In this document: piece by piece, positions 1 through 10,253 of the stretch
Layout: each line of letters starts with the position of its first letter
Position numbering within the stretch: position 1 is the first letter of the stretch
NCBI GenBank assembly: GCA_964390265.1
Contig: CAYMHI010000005.1
Span: 1 to 59,797 of the forward strand
Length of the DNA stretch: 59,797 bases
Source: an uncultured Candidatus Saccharibacteria bacterium
GTDB lineage: Bacteria > Patescibacteriota > Saccharimonadia > CAILAD01 > BJGX01
Reading direction: 5' to 3'
Position numbers and translations under genes: made by a program
Notes under the pieces: model-generated
The model's input: the letters and a program-made list of their open reading frames with translations, nothing else
What the model was told of the DNA's origin: nothing
The model's database searches: none

Positions 1-2
1 CC

Positions 3-230
3 GAGGTGGGCAAAACCTATGATGGCAAAGTAATACGAGTGATGGACTTTGGAGCCTTTGTAGAGATATTGCCTGGCAAAGAAGGCCTAGTACATATTAG
101 TCAGTTTAGCGACGAGCACGTAAACAACATTCACGATGTAGTAAATGAAGGCGATGAGTTTAGGGTGAAACTTACTGAGATTGATGATAGAGGGCGTTTA
201 AACCTATCCAAGAAACTGGCTGATAAGTAA
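3..230 (+). CDS. pnp: C-terminal S1 domain of polyribonucleotide nucleotidyltransferase (PNPase), 5'-partial
   Basis: [24 protein letters not shown]...[19 protein letters not shown] is the typical PNPase S1 tail. The ORF is open at the window edge. Confidence 0.85.
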   Translation, partial: EVGKTYDGKVIRVMDFGAFVEILPGKEGLVHISQFSDEHVNNIHDVVNEGDEFRVKLTEIDDRGRLNLSKKLADK

Positions 231-236
231 AAAATG

Positions 237-344
237 ATTGGTATGGTACATTTCATCGTTACATCCTGCAATGCTCGTTCAACGTACTATTTTGTACGCC
301 TCACTCCGCGTTTTGGATGTGCCTTGAACTGCACTCATACCAAT
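237..344. repeat. Long imperfect palindrome (REP-like element) downstream of pnp
   Basis: Nested inverted repeats: ATTGGTATG 237-245 / CATACCAAT 336-344; ACATCC 261-266 / GGATGT 315-320; CGTAC 283-287 / GTACG 294-298. Confidence 0.6.
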
Positions 345-426
345 AATTTTTGAGGCCTAGTATACTGTTCCAGCCGCATCGATTTAACAAGTCGATGTCA
401 CTGGGGGAGTAAAGAGACAAGTCAAT

Positions 427-1011
427 ATGACAACCGAAGAAAAACAAGCCAAGCTAGATGAAATAGCAGCAACGATTATAGATAGAAGCTGCGGGCTTGA
501 GATTGCCAGAAGTTGCATTAATCCGGTGCCGGGCGATGGCGATCCTGACGCTCAACTGATGTTTATTGGTGAGGCTCCGGGTGCACAAGAAGACAAGCTG
601 GGACGGCCATTTGTGGGCGCTAGCGGAAAATTCCTGGATGAAATGTTGGGCTCAATAGATTTGCGACGCGACGATGTATTTGTAACCAATATTGTTAAGT
701 TTCGTCCGCCAGACAATCGCGACCCTAACAAAGAAGAGATTGACACTTGCTTGCCATACCTACTAGCACAAATAAAAGTTATTGAGCCTAAGCTGATAAT
801 TTTCTTGGGCCGACACAGTATGCAGGTGTTTTTGCCAGAGCTAAAGATTTCTGAAGCCCATGGCAAGGTGTATAAAAGATCTGAAATGGTTTTTTTGCCC
901 CTATATCACCCTGCAGCAGCGCTGTATAACGGCGGCATGCGCAGTACACTACTTGAAGACTTTGCAAAGATACCAGCGATATTAGATAAACTTACCGTTT
1001 CGCAATCTTGA
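427..1011 (+). CDS. udg: Uracil-DNA glycosylase, family 4
   Basis: FIGEAPGAQED..GRPFVGASG, TNIVKFRPPDNRDP and YHPAAALY motifs. Confidence 0.92.
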   Translation: MTTEEKQAKLDEIAATIIDRSCGLEIARSCINPVPGDGDPDAQLMFIGEAPGAQEDKLGRPFVGASGKFLDEMLGSIDLRRDDVFVTNIVKFRPPDNRDPNKEEIDTCLPYLLAQIKVIEPKLIIFLGRHSMQVFLPELKISEAHGKVYKRSEMVFLPLYHPAAALYNGGMRSTLLEDFAKIPAILDKLTVSQS

Positions 1012-1037
1012 ACCAAACTTAGATCAGATACATGTTC

Positions 1038-1099
1038 TTGTCATTTCGACCGGAGTGGAGAAATCCTATAAGATCTCTCGACTGTGCTCGAGATGACAA
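1038..1099. repeat. REP-like palindrome, copy 1 (GTCAT...ATGAC family)
   Basis: TTGTCATTTCGA...TCGAGATGACAA terminal stem. Its 3' half AGATCTCTCGACTGTGCTCGAGATGACAAAA resembles the 3' half of 12664-12726. Confidence 0.7.
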
Positions 1100-1164
1100 A
1101 AGTCATACTATAATTATTAAACATTACATCGACTCTGATGTAGAAAAGGAGAAAAATCCAAGAA

Positions 1165-3300
1165 ATGGATTCTAACAATAAAAAACAATTTAATAGCCGA
1201 CCATTAACGGCTCAAGATCTGGGTATGTCTAATGCTAAACCAGCACCCAAGACTACTCACAAACCAGCCGCAAAGGCCAAGCCGGTCACTCATAAGCCTA
1301 CTCCCAAATTGGTAGAGGCTGGCACAGCTGCTCGTCAGCGGGCCGAGGCTGAAGCCAACCAACAAAAAGGCGGCCAACATAATAACAACAACCAAAACAG
1401 ATCTAATAAGCCTTACAATAACAATCGCCAAAATCGTAATGGTCAGGGCAGAGGCAGAGATCCGCGCGGAGTAGGTAAGGGTGGCGATAACTTTGCTCAA
1501 CGTCGTAAATACGATCGTGGCCCAGCAGTGTTTTCTGAGGGTAGCTTTAACGAAAACGGCCAAAATAAGCCAGTTACAGCTACTAAGTCGGTAGGTATGA
1601 GTAAAATTGATGCCGGCAAGCTCAAGATTATTCCACTTGGGGGGCTCGATAAGATTGGTAAAAATATGATGGCGCTAGAGTACGAGAACGACATCATTGT
1701 AATGGATATGGGCTTTATGTTTCCGGGCCCCGATATGCCTGGTATAGACTATATAATTCCCGATACCAAGTACCTAGAGGAACGTAAACACAAGATTCGC
1801 GGGCACCTAATAACTCATGCACACGAAGACCATGTAGGGGGTATACCATTCATACTGCCCAAACTACCTGCTCCAATTTACGCAGCCAATTTTACGGTAA
1901 AATTTATTGAGCGTAAATTAGAAGAGTATAAACTACCTTTCAAACCAGAACTACGTACTATCAACCAAGACTCTGGCGAAAAACTGCAACTAGGTGTATT
2001 TAGTATTGAGTTTATACGCATTACTCACTCTATTCCAGACGCTTGTAGTATTGCTATTAAAACACCTGTTGGTACTATTATTAACACTGGCGACTGGCGA
2101 TTTGATGACGATCCAATTAGCGGCAAACCCGCCAACAAAGCTCGTCTAAAAGAACTTGGCGACGAAGGCGTATTAATGCTGATGTGTGATAGTACCAGCT
2201 GTGAATACGTAGGTAGTAGCCCTACCGAGCACGAGATAGTTAAAACGCTCGACGAAATATTTGTGCGCAATTATAATAAGCGCGTAATCATTAGCTCATT
2301 TGCCTCACAAGTAGATAGAATACAAGTATTTGTAAATGCTGCCGAAAAAGCCAAGCGTAAGTTAGCTTTGGCTGGTCGTAGCTTGCTAAGCAATATGGAG
2401 ATAGCTGTAAAATTAGGCTACGTCAAAGTGCCACCAGGCTTACTTATTAAAGCTGCTGATGTTAGTAAATACCAAGATGGTGAAGTGGCAGTACTTACTA
2501 CTGGTCACCAAGGTGAAGAAAACTCTGGCCTGGTACGTATGGGTAAAGGTGAACACAAAGACATTAAACTTAAAAGCTCTGATGTTGTGGTGCTATCTAG
2601 CTCAATTATTCCGGGTAACGAAAAATCGGTATGGGGAATGATAGACGACATATTCCGATGGGGACCGTACGTGTACCAACAAGCTACTAGAGACTTTGAT
2701 GATTTGGGTATAATGCACACCTCTGGTCACGCATACTATGAAGAAATAAAAGAAATGATTGAGTTGGTACGCCCCAAATATTACTTGCCGATTCACGGTG
2801 AGATTCACCACATGGTTCATAATGCCGAGATAGCCAAACGCGGTGGAGTAGTGAAGCCCGAAAATATATTTGTAATTGAAAATGGTCAAACTCTCGAGGC
2901 CACCAAAGATGGTGAAGTAAAACTAGGCGCTAAGGTACAGTCTGGCTCAGTGCTGATTGACGGAAGTGGTATTGGTGACGTGCAAGAGATTGTGCTAAAA
3001 GACCGCTTGGCTATGGCTAGCGATGGAATATTTACAGTTATTGCCACAGTAAATCGCAAGACTGGTAAGCTGGTAACTAGCCCAGATATTATTAGCCGCG
3101 GATTTATCTATGTAAAAGATAATGAAGAGCTAATGACTAAGAGCCGACAAATAGTTAAAAACATCTTTGCCAAACGTAATCCAAAAACTCCACCCAACTC
3201 GCCAATCGTGAAGGCTCGCATGCGCGATGAGTTGAGTAACTTACTCTATAAGGTAACTAAGAGAAGCCCAATTGTTCTGCCGGTTGTGATTGAAGTATAA
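1165..3300 (+). CDS. rnj: Ribonuclease J with an approx. 150-aa low-complexity N-terminal extension
   Basis: IIPLGG..IGKNM, THAHEDHVGG, THSIPD, TGDWRFD and HTSGH metallo-beta-lactamase/beta-CASP motifs. Confidence 0.95.
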   Translation: MDSNNKKQFNSRPLTAQDLGMSNAKPAPKTTHKPAAKAKPVTHKPTPKLVEAGTAARQRAEAEANQQKGGQHNNNNQNRSNKPYNNNRQNRNGQGRGRDPRGVGKGGDNFAQRRKYDRGPAVFSEGSFNENGQNKPVTATKSVGMSKIDAGKLKIIPLGGLDKIGKNMMALEYENDIIVMDMGFMFPGPDMPGIDYIIPDTKYLEERKHKIRGHLITHAHEDHVGGIPFILPKLPAPIYAANFTVKFIERKLEEYKLPFKPELRTINQDSGEKLQLGVFSIEFIRITHSIPDACSIAIKTPVGTIINTGDWRFDDDPISGKPANKARLKELGDEGVLMLMCDSTSCEYVGSSPTEHEIVKTLDEIFVRNYNKRVIISSFASQVDRIQVFVNAAEKAKRKLALAGRSLLSNMEIAVKLGYVKVPPGLLIKAADVSKYQDGEVAVLTTGHQGEENSGLVRMGKGEHKDIKLKSSDVVVLSSSIIPGNEKSVWGMIDDIFRWGPYVYQQATRDFDDLGIMHTSGHAYYEEIKEMIELVRPKYYLPIHGEIHHMVHNAEIAKRGGVVKPENIFVIENGQTLEATKDGEVKLGAKVQSGSVLIDGSGIGDVQEIVLKDRLAMASDGIFTVIATVNRKTGKLVTSPDIISRGFIYVKDNEELMTKSRQIVKNIFAKRNPKTPPNSPIVKARMRDELSNLLYKVTKRSPIVLPVVIEV

Positions 3301-3308
3301 TAGCTTAA

Positions 3309-3563
3309 ATGAACCTCACCTACGCTGTCGGCTTAATAGCCGCATCGCTAATATTGGCATCACAAGTACCACAAGTATATAAAAGCTTTAAATTAAAGCA
3401 AACTAAAGATTTGTCGCTTGCGATGATATGTCTTCTTATTGGTGGGACATTGCTTTGGCTGCTTTATGGATTTTTGAGGCCCGATATAATCATTGTGCTC
3501 GCGAACTTTGTGATGCTAGTTTTATTATTGATGCTTTTGGGACTCAAACTGCGTTATAAATAA
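3309..3563 (+). CDS. SemiSWEET / PQ-loop family transporter
   Basis: 84 aa, 3 TM helices, PQ.YKS.K...TKDLS and WLLYG...N motifs. Confidence 0.85.
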   Translation: MNLTYAVGLIAASLILASQVPQVYKSFKLKQTKDLSLAMICLLIGGTLLWLLYGFLRPDIIIVLANFVMLVLLLMLLGLKLRYK

Positions 3564-3566
3564 AAT

Positions 3567-3595
3567 TTGACAACTTTTGTCTACAGGAGTATTGT
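3567..3595 (+). promoter_or_regulatory. sigma70-type promoter of ORFan 3652
   Basis: TTGACA-17-TATTGT. Confidence 0.55.
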
Positions 3596-3651
3596 GGTAA
3601 ACCGGTATTACAAATCCAGCAAGCACCTTCTACAAATAGAGAGGACACAAC

Positions 3652-3894
3652 TTGCCACGATTCTCTGAGAGCTCACCACAGCTCTGTGAGTGCATCGCTA
3701 CTCTCAAAAGGATGAGCGATGAAGATCTGCAGGCAATGTATCAGCAAGTCTTTGGCGAAGAAGCCGGCAACCCCGACAAGGAATTCGAAAGATTCAAGCT
3801 CGAGGGCCTTGCAACTAATGAGGAGTTTCGCGAGGCGTTAATCGCCGAGTGTGATATTCGTCGCTGGAACGCCAGCATGAAGACGAGCAAGTAG
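3652..3894 (+). CDS. Hypothetical protein (ORFan cassette, 80 aa)
   Basis: Own promoter, GAGG SD before a TTG start, GC-richer than its flanks. No recognisable domain. Confidence 0.6.
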   Translation: MPRFSESSPQLCECIATLKRMSDEDLQAMYQQVFGEEAGNPDKEFERFKLEGLATNEEFREALIAECDIRRWNASMKTSK

Positions 3895-3985
3895 CCACCA
3901 AGCCATCTCTTAAAACAAAATAAAACTAATACTTGGGATCTTTGCAACTCAAGTGCACAGGCTTAAGTTTTTTTGAGCCTGTTTT

Positions 3986-5743
3986 TTATAGCTTAATTTT
4001 CCCGCTAGCTGATTGCATCTCAAAAAGTTTCTTATACAAGCCGTTATATCTAATGAGCTTGGCATGGTTGCCGCGCTCTACAATGGTGCCTTTTTGCAAC
4101 ACCAATATCTCGTCGGCGTGCATTACAGTGCTAAGCCTGTGAGCGATAATGAGTGCACTGCGGCCCTGCATAAGCTGTTGTAGGCCGTCTTGTACCAAAC
4201 GTTCGCTCTCTGAATCGAGTGCGCTGGTGGCCTCGTCGAGCACAATGAGTTGGGGGTTTTTGAGTATGGCTCGGGCAATTGCCACACGCTGTTTTTGGCC
4301 ACCACTTAGCTTAACTCCGCGTTCACCCACCAAAGTTTTGTAGCCTTTGGGTAGCTCGCGGATAAACTCGTGGGCATGAGCTTGGCGGGCGGCAGCAATT
4401 ATTTGACTCTCAGTAGCATTCGCATTGGCGATTTGCAGATTTTCTAAGATAGTTGCATTAAATAGTGCTACATCTTGCATTACCATACCAATATGTTGGC
4501 GAATAGACTCGGCGGTATAGGCCGAGGCATCTTGTTTGTTAATAGTAATATCGCCCTTAGTAGGCTCGTAAAAACGTAGCAACAACTTGGTAAGGGTAGA
4601 TTTGCCCACACCACTGGGCCCCACCAAGGCCACGGTTTTGCCGGCATCTAATGAAAAACTAATATTTTTGACCGCACCTCTTTTGCCGCCCTTGTAGTCA
4701 AAGGTAACTTTATCAAACTCGATGCTCTGGAGTTGCTCCAGCTCAGCCGCCTCAGGATTGTCATCAAAACCAGGTTTGGTTTCTAAGAATTGAACTAGTC
4801 TGGTTGCTCTAGATTCATTTTGGGCTGTGGCTGTAAGGTATCGGCTAAAAAACATTAAGTTTGACTGTATTTGTTGTAGGTATAGTATGACCAGCAAAAT
4901 TGTTCCGGTCGTCATCTTGCCAGTTGAAAGTGAATACAGCATTATACCAATACTTAAAAATACCACCGTTCTATTTAAGAGCACTCGCCGAGTGATAGAT
5001 TTTGCCCACACATCATTAATATTGTCATTGGCGACCCTACCTTTGTTGATAAGAGTAAAGAGTTTTTGTCGCATAGTTTGTTCAATCGACATCGTTTTGA
5101 TGGTAGCGAAATTAGAGAAACTCTCTGATATGCGACCATTGACTTTTTCATAAGTCTTGTTCGCCACTTTGTATAGTGGCTTTGATTTTTTGTTGGTAGT
5201 AACAAAATCGTATACATATATTATTTCGCTCAAAATAGTAATTACGCCTATTATTGGGCTGTTAATAAAAATAAGAATGGTTGCAAATGTCATAATTGCC
5301 AGAGGTTCGAGTAGATTTTGAGAGGTCATCATTATCCAGCTGGTAAAAGATGATATACCTTGAATTATCTTAGATTGCAATGCTCCGGCCGGCTGACCTT
5401 CAAAGAAGGGGAGTGATAGACCTTGGAGTTTTTTGTATGATTCTTTGTAGATCTCAGCTTCTACGTAGTTGTAAGTTTTGTTGGCGTAGAGCCAATTAGC
5501 CCAGTCTATTAGGCTTAGTAAGGCACCAAATACAATAAGCCCAACTGTTATCTCAACTACAAAAACCACGACTTCAGACGATGTTTTGTTGGCAAGCAGA
5601 GTGGGTGCATTATCTACAATCCATTTAATAAAGTACGGCCACACCGCATTGACTGCACCAAATAATACGCTCAATATTACAATGATGATTAACCGTCGCC
5701 TGGTGTGTGATACCATCGATGCTAGTTTGAGGAGATTTTTCAT
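3986..5743 (-). CDS. ABC exporter, fused TMD-NBD (MsbA/ABCB type)
   Basis: N-terminal TM helices; GPSGVGKS Walker A, LSGGQKQR signature, LDEATSALD Walker B, IAHRLST. Confidence 0.93.
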   Translation of the reverse strand: MKNLLKLASMVSHTRRRLIIIVILSVLFGAVNAVWPYFIKWIVDNAPTLLANKTSSEVVVFVVEITVGLIVFGALLSLIDWANWLYANKTYNYVEAEIYKESYKKLQGLSLPFFEGQPAGALQSKIIQGISSFTSWIMMTSQNLLEPLAIMTFATILIFINSPIIGVITILSEIIYVYDFVTTNKKSKPLYKVANKTYEKVNGRISESFSNFATIKTMSIEQTMRQKLFTLINKGRVANDNINDVWAKSITRRVLLNRTVVFLSIGIMLYSLSTGKMTTGTILLVILYLQQIQSNLMFFSRYLTATAQNESRATRLVQFLETKPGFDDNPEAAELEQLQSIEFDKVTFDYKGGKRGAVKNISFSLDAGKTVALVGPSGVGKSTLTKLLLRFYEPTKGDITINKQDASAYTAESIRQHIGMVMQDVALFNATILENLQIANANATESQIIAAARQAHAHEFIRELPKGYKTLVGERGVKLSGGQKQRVAIARAILKNPQLIVLDEATSALDSESERLVQDGLQQLMQGRSALIIAHRLSTVMHADEILVLQKGTIVERGNHAKLIRYNGLYKKLFEMQSASGKIKL

Positions 5744-5900
5744 TATCTATAATCATAAGCGAAATAAATATATTTGACAAGCCTTGAAATTATGTCTTGA
5801 CTGTGCTATAATGGTAAGCAAATGAGGGTAATAAATATAATTTTGAAATTTAATTATTTACTTCTGGCCAGGAGTAATCGGGGCAGGGTATAATACAGTA

Positions 5901-8012
5901 ATGGGACGCAAAAAGAAACGTAAGTACACCAAGAAAAAGCCTGAAAAGCAAAAGCGCTTGCAGCTGAGCAGTGGCGCAAATCGCGAAATTATTGCCATAC
6001 TGCTTATTATGATAGCGGTGTTTATTACCCTAGCACTACTAGGGTTTGCCGGTATATTGGGTCAATGGTTGCTAACAGGAACAAAATTTGTAATTGGCCA
6101 GGCGGTGTATGTGTTGCCCATTGCTTTGCTTGGCTCAGCTTACTTACTATTTCGCACTAATGAAGAAGAAAACCGTGGTTATAAGTTTAATAATTTTTTG
6201 GGTACATTATTATTTTTTATATTTTTGAGTACCTTGATAGCTACCATTACTACGCCCGAAGGAGTGGAGATATCTCAAATAGGCACCTACGGAGGCATAG
6301 TAGGCTATGCACTTTACTCGGTAATGTCGCCCATACTTAACAAGCCGGTATCAATATTTATACTAGTAATGCTATTGCTCATTAGTCTAGTAGTAACCGC
6401 CAATGCAAGTTTGCGCGAGATATTTAATTTTCTTATTGGTCGACGGGGTGGTGATGAAGAGTTGGGTGATGAAAAAGACAGCAAGTTTCATATTAATACC
6501 AAGCTACCCATAAAAGGTACAATTGGAGCTGGCGGCGGCGACAGCGACCCTAAGAGTAAACGTACCGAACCAATTATGTACTCAATAGATAAAGATTGGA
6601 AATACCCTCCAATTGATTTGCTTGAGGCCACCTCTACCCAGCCAGATCCGGGTGATGCCAAGGCCAACGCCAAGATTATATCTGACACCTTCTCTGACTT
6701 TGGTTTTGAGGTAAAAATGGATGGGGTAGATGTAGGTCCAACTGTAGCACAATACACTCTTAAACCCCCAACAGGTGTCAATCTAAGCAAGATTGCTGCC
6801 CTGGATAGAAACTTGGCCCTGGCCCTGGAGGCTACTCAGATACGTATAGAAGCACCTATTCCGGGTAAGAGTTTGGTAGGTATAGAAGTACCCAACAAAA
6901 AAGGTGCTATTGTACGCGTAAAAGATATATTTTTATCTAAAGAATACGACAGCGCTAAGTCTAAGCTTTCGTTTGTTCTGGGCCGTGATGTAGCCGGCGA
7001 TATTGTTACTTATGATCTCAATAAAGCACCTCACTTACTGGTAGCTGGTGCTACCGGAACTGGTAAGTCGGTAATGATCAATGCGCTTTTGCTAAGCTTG
7101 TTGTATCGTAACAGCCCCAGCGAGCTCAAGCTTATACTAGTAGACCCCAAGCATGTTGAAATGACCCTGTATAACGGTATTCCGCACTTACTTACACCAG
7201 TTATTACTGAGTCTGACAAAACAGTCTCGGCACTAAAGTGGGCGGTGGCCGAGATGGAGCGTCGTCTTAAGTTGTTATCTGAATATGGCAAACGCGATAT
7301 TGGTGAGTACAATACAATTAAAGACGTGGATAGAATGCCTTACATTGTAATTGTTATTGATGAGCTTTTTGATCTTATGATGCAAGCTGGTAAAGATGTA
7401 GAAAGCTTAATTCAACGAATATCGCAAATGGCTCGAGCGGTGGGTATTCACTTGGTATTGGCTACACAGCGACCGAGCGTAAATGTTATTACCGGTACAA
7501 TTAAGGCCAACGTGCCTACCCGTATTGCCTTGGCCACGGCTAGCAATGTAGATTCACGTACTATTTTAGATATTGGTGGTGCCGAGAAACTGCTGGGTAA
7601 GGGTGATATGTTGTTTTCTAGTGCTGAATTTATTAAGCCCAAACGTATACAGGGTGTACTAGTAAGTAATGAAGAGGTAAGTGCCGTTACTAAGTTCTTG
7701 CGCGAGCAGCGCTCACCAGAATTTAACGAAGAGGTGTTATCACAAACCGTCAACCTTAAAGGCGGCTCCGACCATCAGTACAACGCTATGGATGACGACC
7801 TGTGGGAGCAAGCAGCCGAGGTAGTAATAGCCGCCAACAAAGGTTCTAGTAGTCTGTTGCAACGACGTTTGGGTGTGGGTTATGCGCGAGCCGCTAAGCT
7901 AATAGATATTCTTGAGCAAAAAGGTGTAGTAGGCCCAGTCAATGGTAGTAAGCCAAGAGAAATATTGGTAAGTAGTGTAACAGAGTTGAGCGGTGGAGAG
8001 ACTGAGCAGTAG
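5901..8012 (+). CDS. ftsK: DNA translocase FtsK/SpoIIIE
   Basis: N-terminal TM region; PHLLVAGATGTGKS, IVIDEL.DLM, LATQRPS; C-terminal gamma domain SLLQRRLGVGYARAAKLID.LE. Confidence 0.95.
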   Translation: MGRKKKRKYTKKKPEKQKRLQLSSGANREIIAILLIMIAVFITLALLGFAGILGQWLLTGTKFVIGQAVYVLPIALLGSAYLLFRTNEEENRGYKFNNFLGTLLFFIFLSTLIATITTPEGVEISQIGTYGGIVGYALYSVMSPILNKPVSIFILVMLLLISLVVTANASLREIFNFLIGRRGGDEELGDEKDSKFHINTKLPIKGTIGAGGGDSDPKSKRTEPIMYSIDKDWKYPPIDLLEATSTQPDPGDAKANAKIISDTFSDFGFEVKMDGVDVGPTVAQYTLKPPTGVNLSKIAALDRNLALALEATQIRIEAPIPGKSLVGIEVPNKKGAIVRVKDIFLSKEYDSAKSKLSFVLGRDVAGDIVTYDLNKAPHLLVAGATGTGKSVMINALLLSLLYRNSPSELKLILVDPKHVEMTLYNGIPHLLTPVITESDKTVSALKWAVAEMERRLKLLSEYGKRDIGEYNTIKDVDRMPYIVIVIDELFDLMMQAGKDVESLIQRISQMARAVGIHLVLATQRPSVNVITGTIKANVPTRIALATASNVDSRTILDIGGAEKLLGKGDMLFSSAEFIKPKRIQGVLVSNEEVSAVTKFLREQRSPEFNEEVLSQTVNLKGGSDHQYNAMDDDLWEQAAEVVIAANKGSSSLLQRRLGVGYARAAKLIDILEQKGVVGPVNGSKPREILVSSVTELSGGETEQ

Positions 8013-9037
8013 TGAGTCCGCAACAAAGTACCAACAAAAAGTCTTTTTTGCATACACCATCGGCTTATGATCTCACAGTCGCTGAGTTGCTCAAAAAACG
8101 TCGTGAGGAGCTCAAAGAGAGCTTGCAAGATGTAGAGAAAGCCACCCAAATTCGTAAACGTTACCTCGAGCTTATAGAGGCCGGCGACTATGAGCATCTG
8201 CCCGACAATGTCTATGCCCTAGGTTACGTCAAAAGCTATGCAGATCACTTGGGTTTTGATACGGCTCCTATAGTTAATTTGTACAAAAAAGAACGCCAAG
8301 CTTATACTACCTCTAGAAACTCGGGTGAGCTATTAAAAGACGACAAACAAATGGGCTTGCGACCACTGGGTAGGCCAAGTTTTGTACTTAGCTCTAAATC
8401 GCTGATTGTGATTTTTAGTATTGTTTTGTTTGTGACGATTCTAGGCTATTTGGGCTGGCAGGTAGCAGTATTGGCCGCGCCACCCAAAATTAGTCTAAAC
8501 ACTATTCAAGATCAGGTAAGTACCAACTATGTAATAATCTCTGGTCAAACCAACGACGACGCCGATGTTTATATAGACAACTCACCTATACTCATAAACT
8601 CCGATGGTAGTTTTTCTGAAAGAATCGCGCTTTTAGATGGCCAAAATCAAATTACTATTACGGCGCGCAACCAGCTAGGTAAATCTACCACTATTACCAA
8701 AACTGTTACCGCCAAGTTGCCCGAAAGTGTCACTACGACCGGCAAAGTATCACCGGTACCTGTAGACGGAGTAGAGATGCTAGTAAAGATATCAAACCAA
8801 GCTACCTGGATAATTATTGTCGCCGATGGCCAGGATGTATTTAGAGGTACAATGTTGCCAGGCGCAACCCAGCTTTTTAAAGCCAAAAACAGCATTAAGC
8901 TCACTACCGGAAATGCCGGAAACACTCAGGTGTTTGTTAGTAACTCAGCGGTAGCCAATAAAGACTTAGGAATTATTGGTAGATCTGGCGAAGCCAAGAA
9001 CGACCTCGAGTTTAGCAAAGATACGCAGTTTAAATAA
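8012..9037 (+). CDS. rodZ: RodZ-like protein (HTH - TM - Ig-like domain - DUF4115)
   Basis: HTH with IR..YLE.IE.GDY..LP..VY..GYVKSYA..LG, one TM helix, an Ig-like segment and C-terminal TW..I.ADG...GNAG. Lies next to ftsK. Confidence 0.8.
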   Translation: MSPQQSTNKKSFLHTPSAYDLTVAELLKKRREELKESLQDVEKATQIRKRYLELIEAGDYEHLPDNVYALGYVKSYADHLGFDTAPIVNLYKKERQAYTTSRNSGELLKDDKQMGLRPLGRPSFVLSSKSLIVIFSIVLFVTILGYLGWQVAVLAAPPKISLNTIQDQVSTNYVIISGQTNDDADVYIDNSPILINSDGSFSERIALLDGQNQITITARNQLGKSTTITKTVTAKLPESVTTTGKVSPVPVDGVEMLVKISNQATWIIIVADGQDVFRGTMLPGATQLFKAKNSIKLTTGNAGNTQVFVSNSAVANKDLGIIGRSGEAKNDLEFSKDTQFK

Positions 9038-9042
9038 TAAGA

Positions 9043-9537
9043 CTAGTTTACTATTAAGTCTTTAATCCAGACGTTATTTCCCTTAACCTCTACGAACATT
9101 TTATTTTCCTCTGTAGTATTTAGGGCTTTGATGCAACCAAGCAATGTTGGTTGACTAGAGCCGTTAATTGGGAGATCGTAATTAGCAATATTTGTAATTG
9201 TACTGTCGTCTAGGGTTAGCTTAATTGTAGCACCAGTTCGATTGTAGCCACTTACGCAATATTGCATGCCCTTGGCCGTATCAAGTTCTATACTTGCAGA
9301 ATCACCCGATTGAAGGTTGAGATATTTTACTCCCTTTATAGTGGTAAATTCACGAGGACTGTCGGTAATATTGAATCTATCTAATGAATATGTGCCATTT
9401 TTTGTCGTGTTTACTCTTGTCATCGCATAACTTCGGAAAATAATTATGCTACCTATTACGCCAAAAACTGCTACCAGGATCAGTAACTTGTCGTAGCGAA
9501 TGCGCTTTTGTACAGTGTAGGGGGTTCTTTTAGACAT
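9043..9537 (-). CDS. Hypothetical secreted/membrane-anchored protein
   Basis: Basic N-region, hydrophobic helix ending IIIFRSYA, then a beta-rich domain. Confidence 0.65.
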   Translation of the reverse strand: MSKRTPYTVQKRIRYDKLLILVAVFGVIGSIIIFRSYAMTRVNTTKNGTYSLDRFNITDSPREFTTIKGVKYLNLQSGDSASIELDTAKGMQYCVSGYNRTGATIKLTLDDSTITNIANYDLPINGSSQPTLLGCIKALNTTEENKMFVEVKGNNVWIKDLIVN

Positions 9538-9958
9538 GTCTTTTCTTTTTTACATATAGCAAGTCATTAGCAAAAAGTGCCGCCGCGCTACTTAAAAATA
9601 TAAATCCTATACCTGCCATAGCCTTACCAATATTGTTGATTAACAGCAATTGGTCATAGCTTGAGCTACCAAAAGTTCCAAATCTTAATATCCCAACAAT
9701 CATTACTATGTCTATAACGGTCCATATAATATTAGTAAGTATAAGTGGTTTGATATTGTTACTAATGCCGTAAAACAAAGGTATGAGACCAAAAACTAAA
9801 TAAAGTACCCACGTCTGCAGTGATAGCCCGCTGGCTACGTGGGTTTGAAAAAGCTGAATTATCTGGGGAATATTTGTGAGCGGCATAATAAATGCAAACC
9901 CATACATAGCCCAGCCTAGTAGCCGATTGATTATACTATTTTTTGAACTATTATTCAT
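9530..9958 (-). CDS. PQ-loop / SemiSWEET-like membrane protein
   Basis: TNIPQII.LF.T..ASGLS..TW...YG...PL...N pattern plus an extra C-terminal TM helix. Confidence 0.7.
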   Translation of the reverse strand: MNNSSKNSIINRLLGWAMYGFAFIMPLTNIPQIIQLFQTHVASGLSLQTWVLYLVFGLIPLFYGISNNIKPLILTNIIWTVIDIVMIVGILRFGTFGSSSYDQLLLINNIGKAMAGIGFIFLSSAAALFANDLLYVKKKRHV

Positions 9959-9974
9959 AGTATAATTATAACCT

Positions 9975-10190
9975 ATGAAACATAATCATTTTAGCAAATT
10001 GCAAAAAAATGATCGTAAAATTGGTTTAATTTTATTAATTTTGGGTGGTAGTTTGCTTTTAATATCGTTAATATTAAATCTGGTTTTTATACAGGGGACT
10101 GACTTTCGAAAGGAATATAGATTGCGCCAATATCAAGATTGTCTGAATAAAAATTCTATTGCTGAGTGCAATAAAGATTTTGCTATCTAG
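9975..10190 (+). CDS. Small single-pass membrane protein with a Cys pair
   Basis: 71 aa; TM helix followed by YQDC.......EC. Fills the gap between flanking genes. Confidence 0.55.
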   Translation: MKHNHFSKLQKNDRKIGLILLILGGSLLLISLILNLVFIQGTDFRKEYRLRQYQDCLNKNSIAECNKDFAI

Positions 10191-10253
10191 ATTTTCATTG
10201 AGATAGGCATATCATGTACTAAGTTTGGTATACTATATGAAATAGGAGATTTT

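Noticed and set aside
369-405. Hairpin in the udg 5' region as a riboswitch
   Set aside because: It is a single stem (CATCGA/TCGATG with a CCAG/CTGG base) that matches no riboswitch consensus I can recognise.
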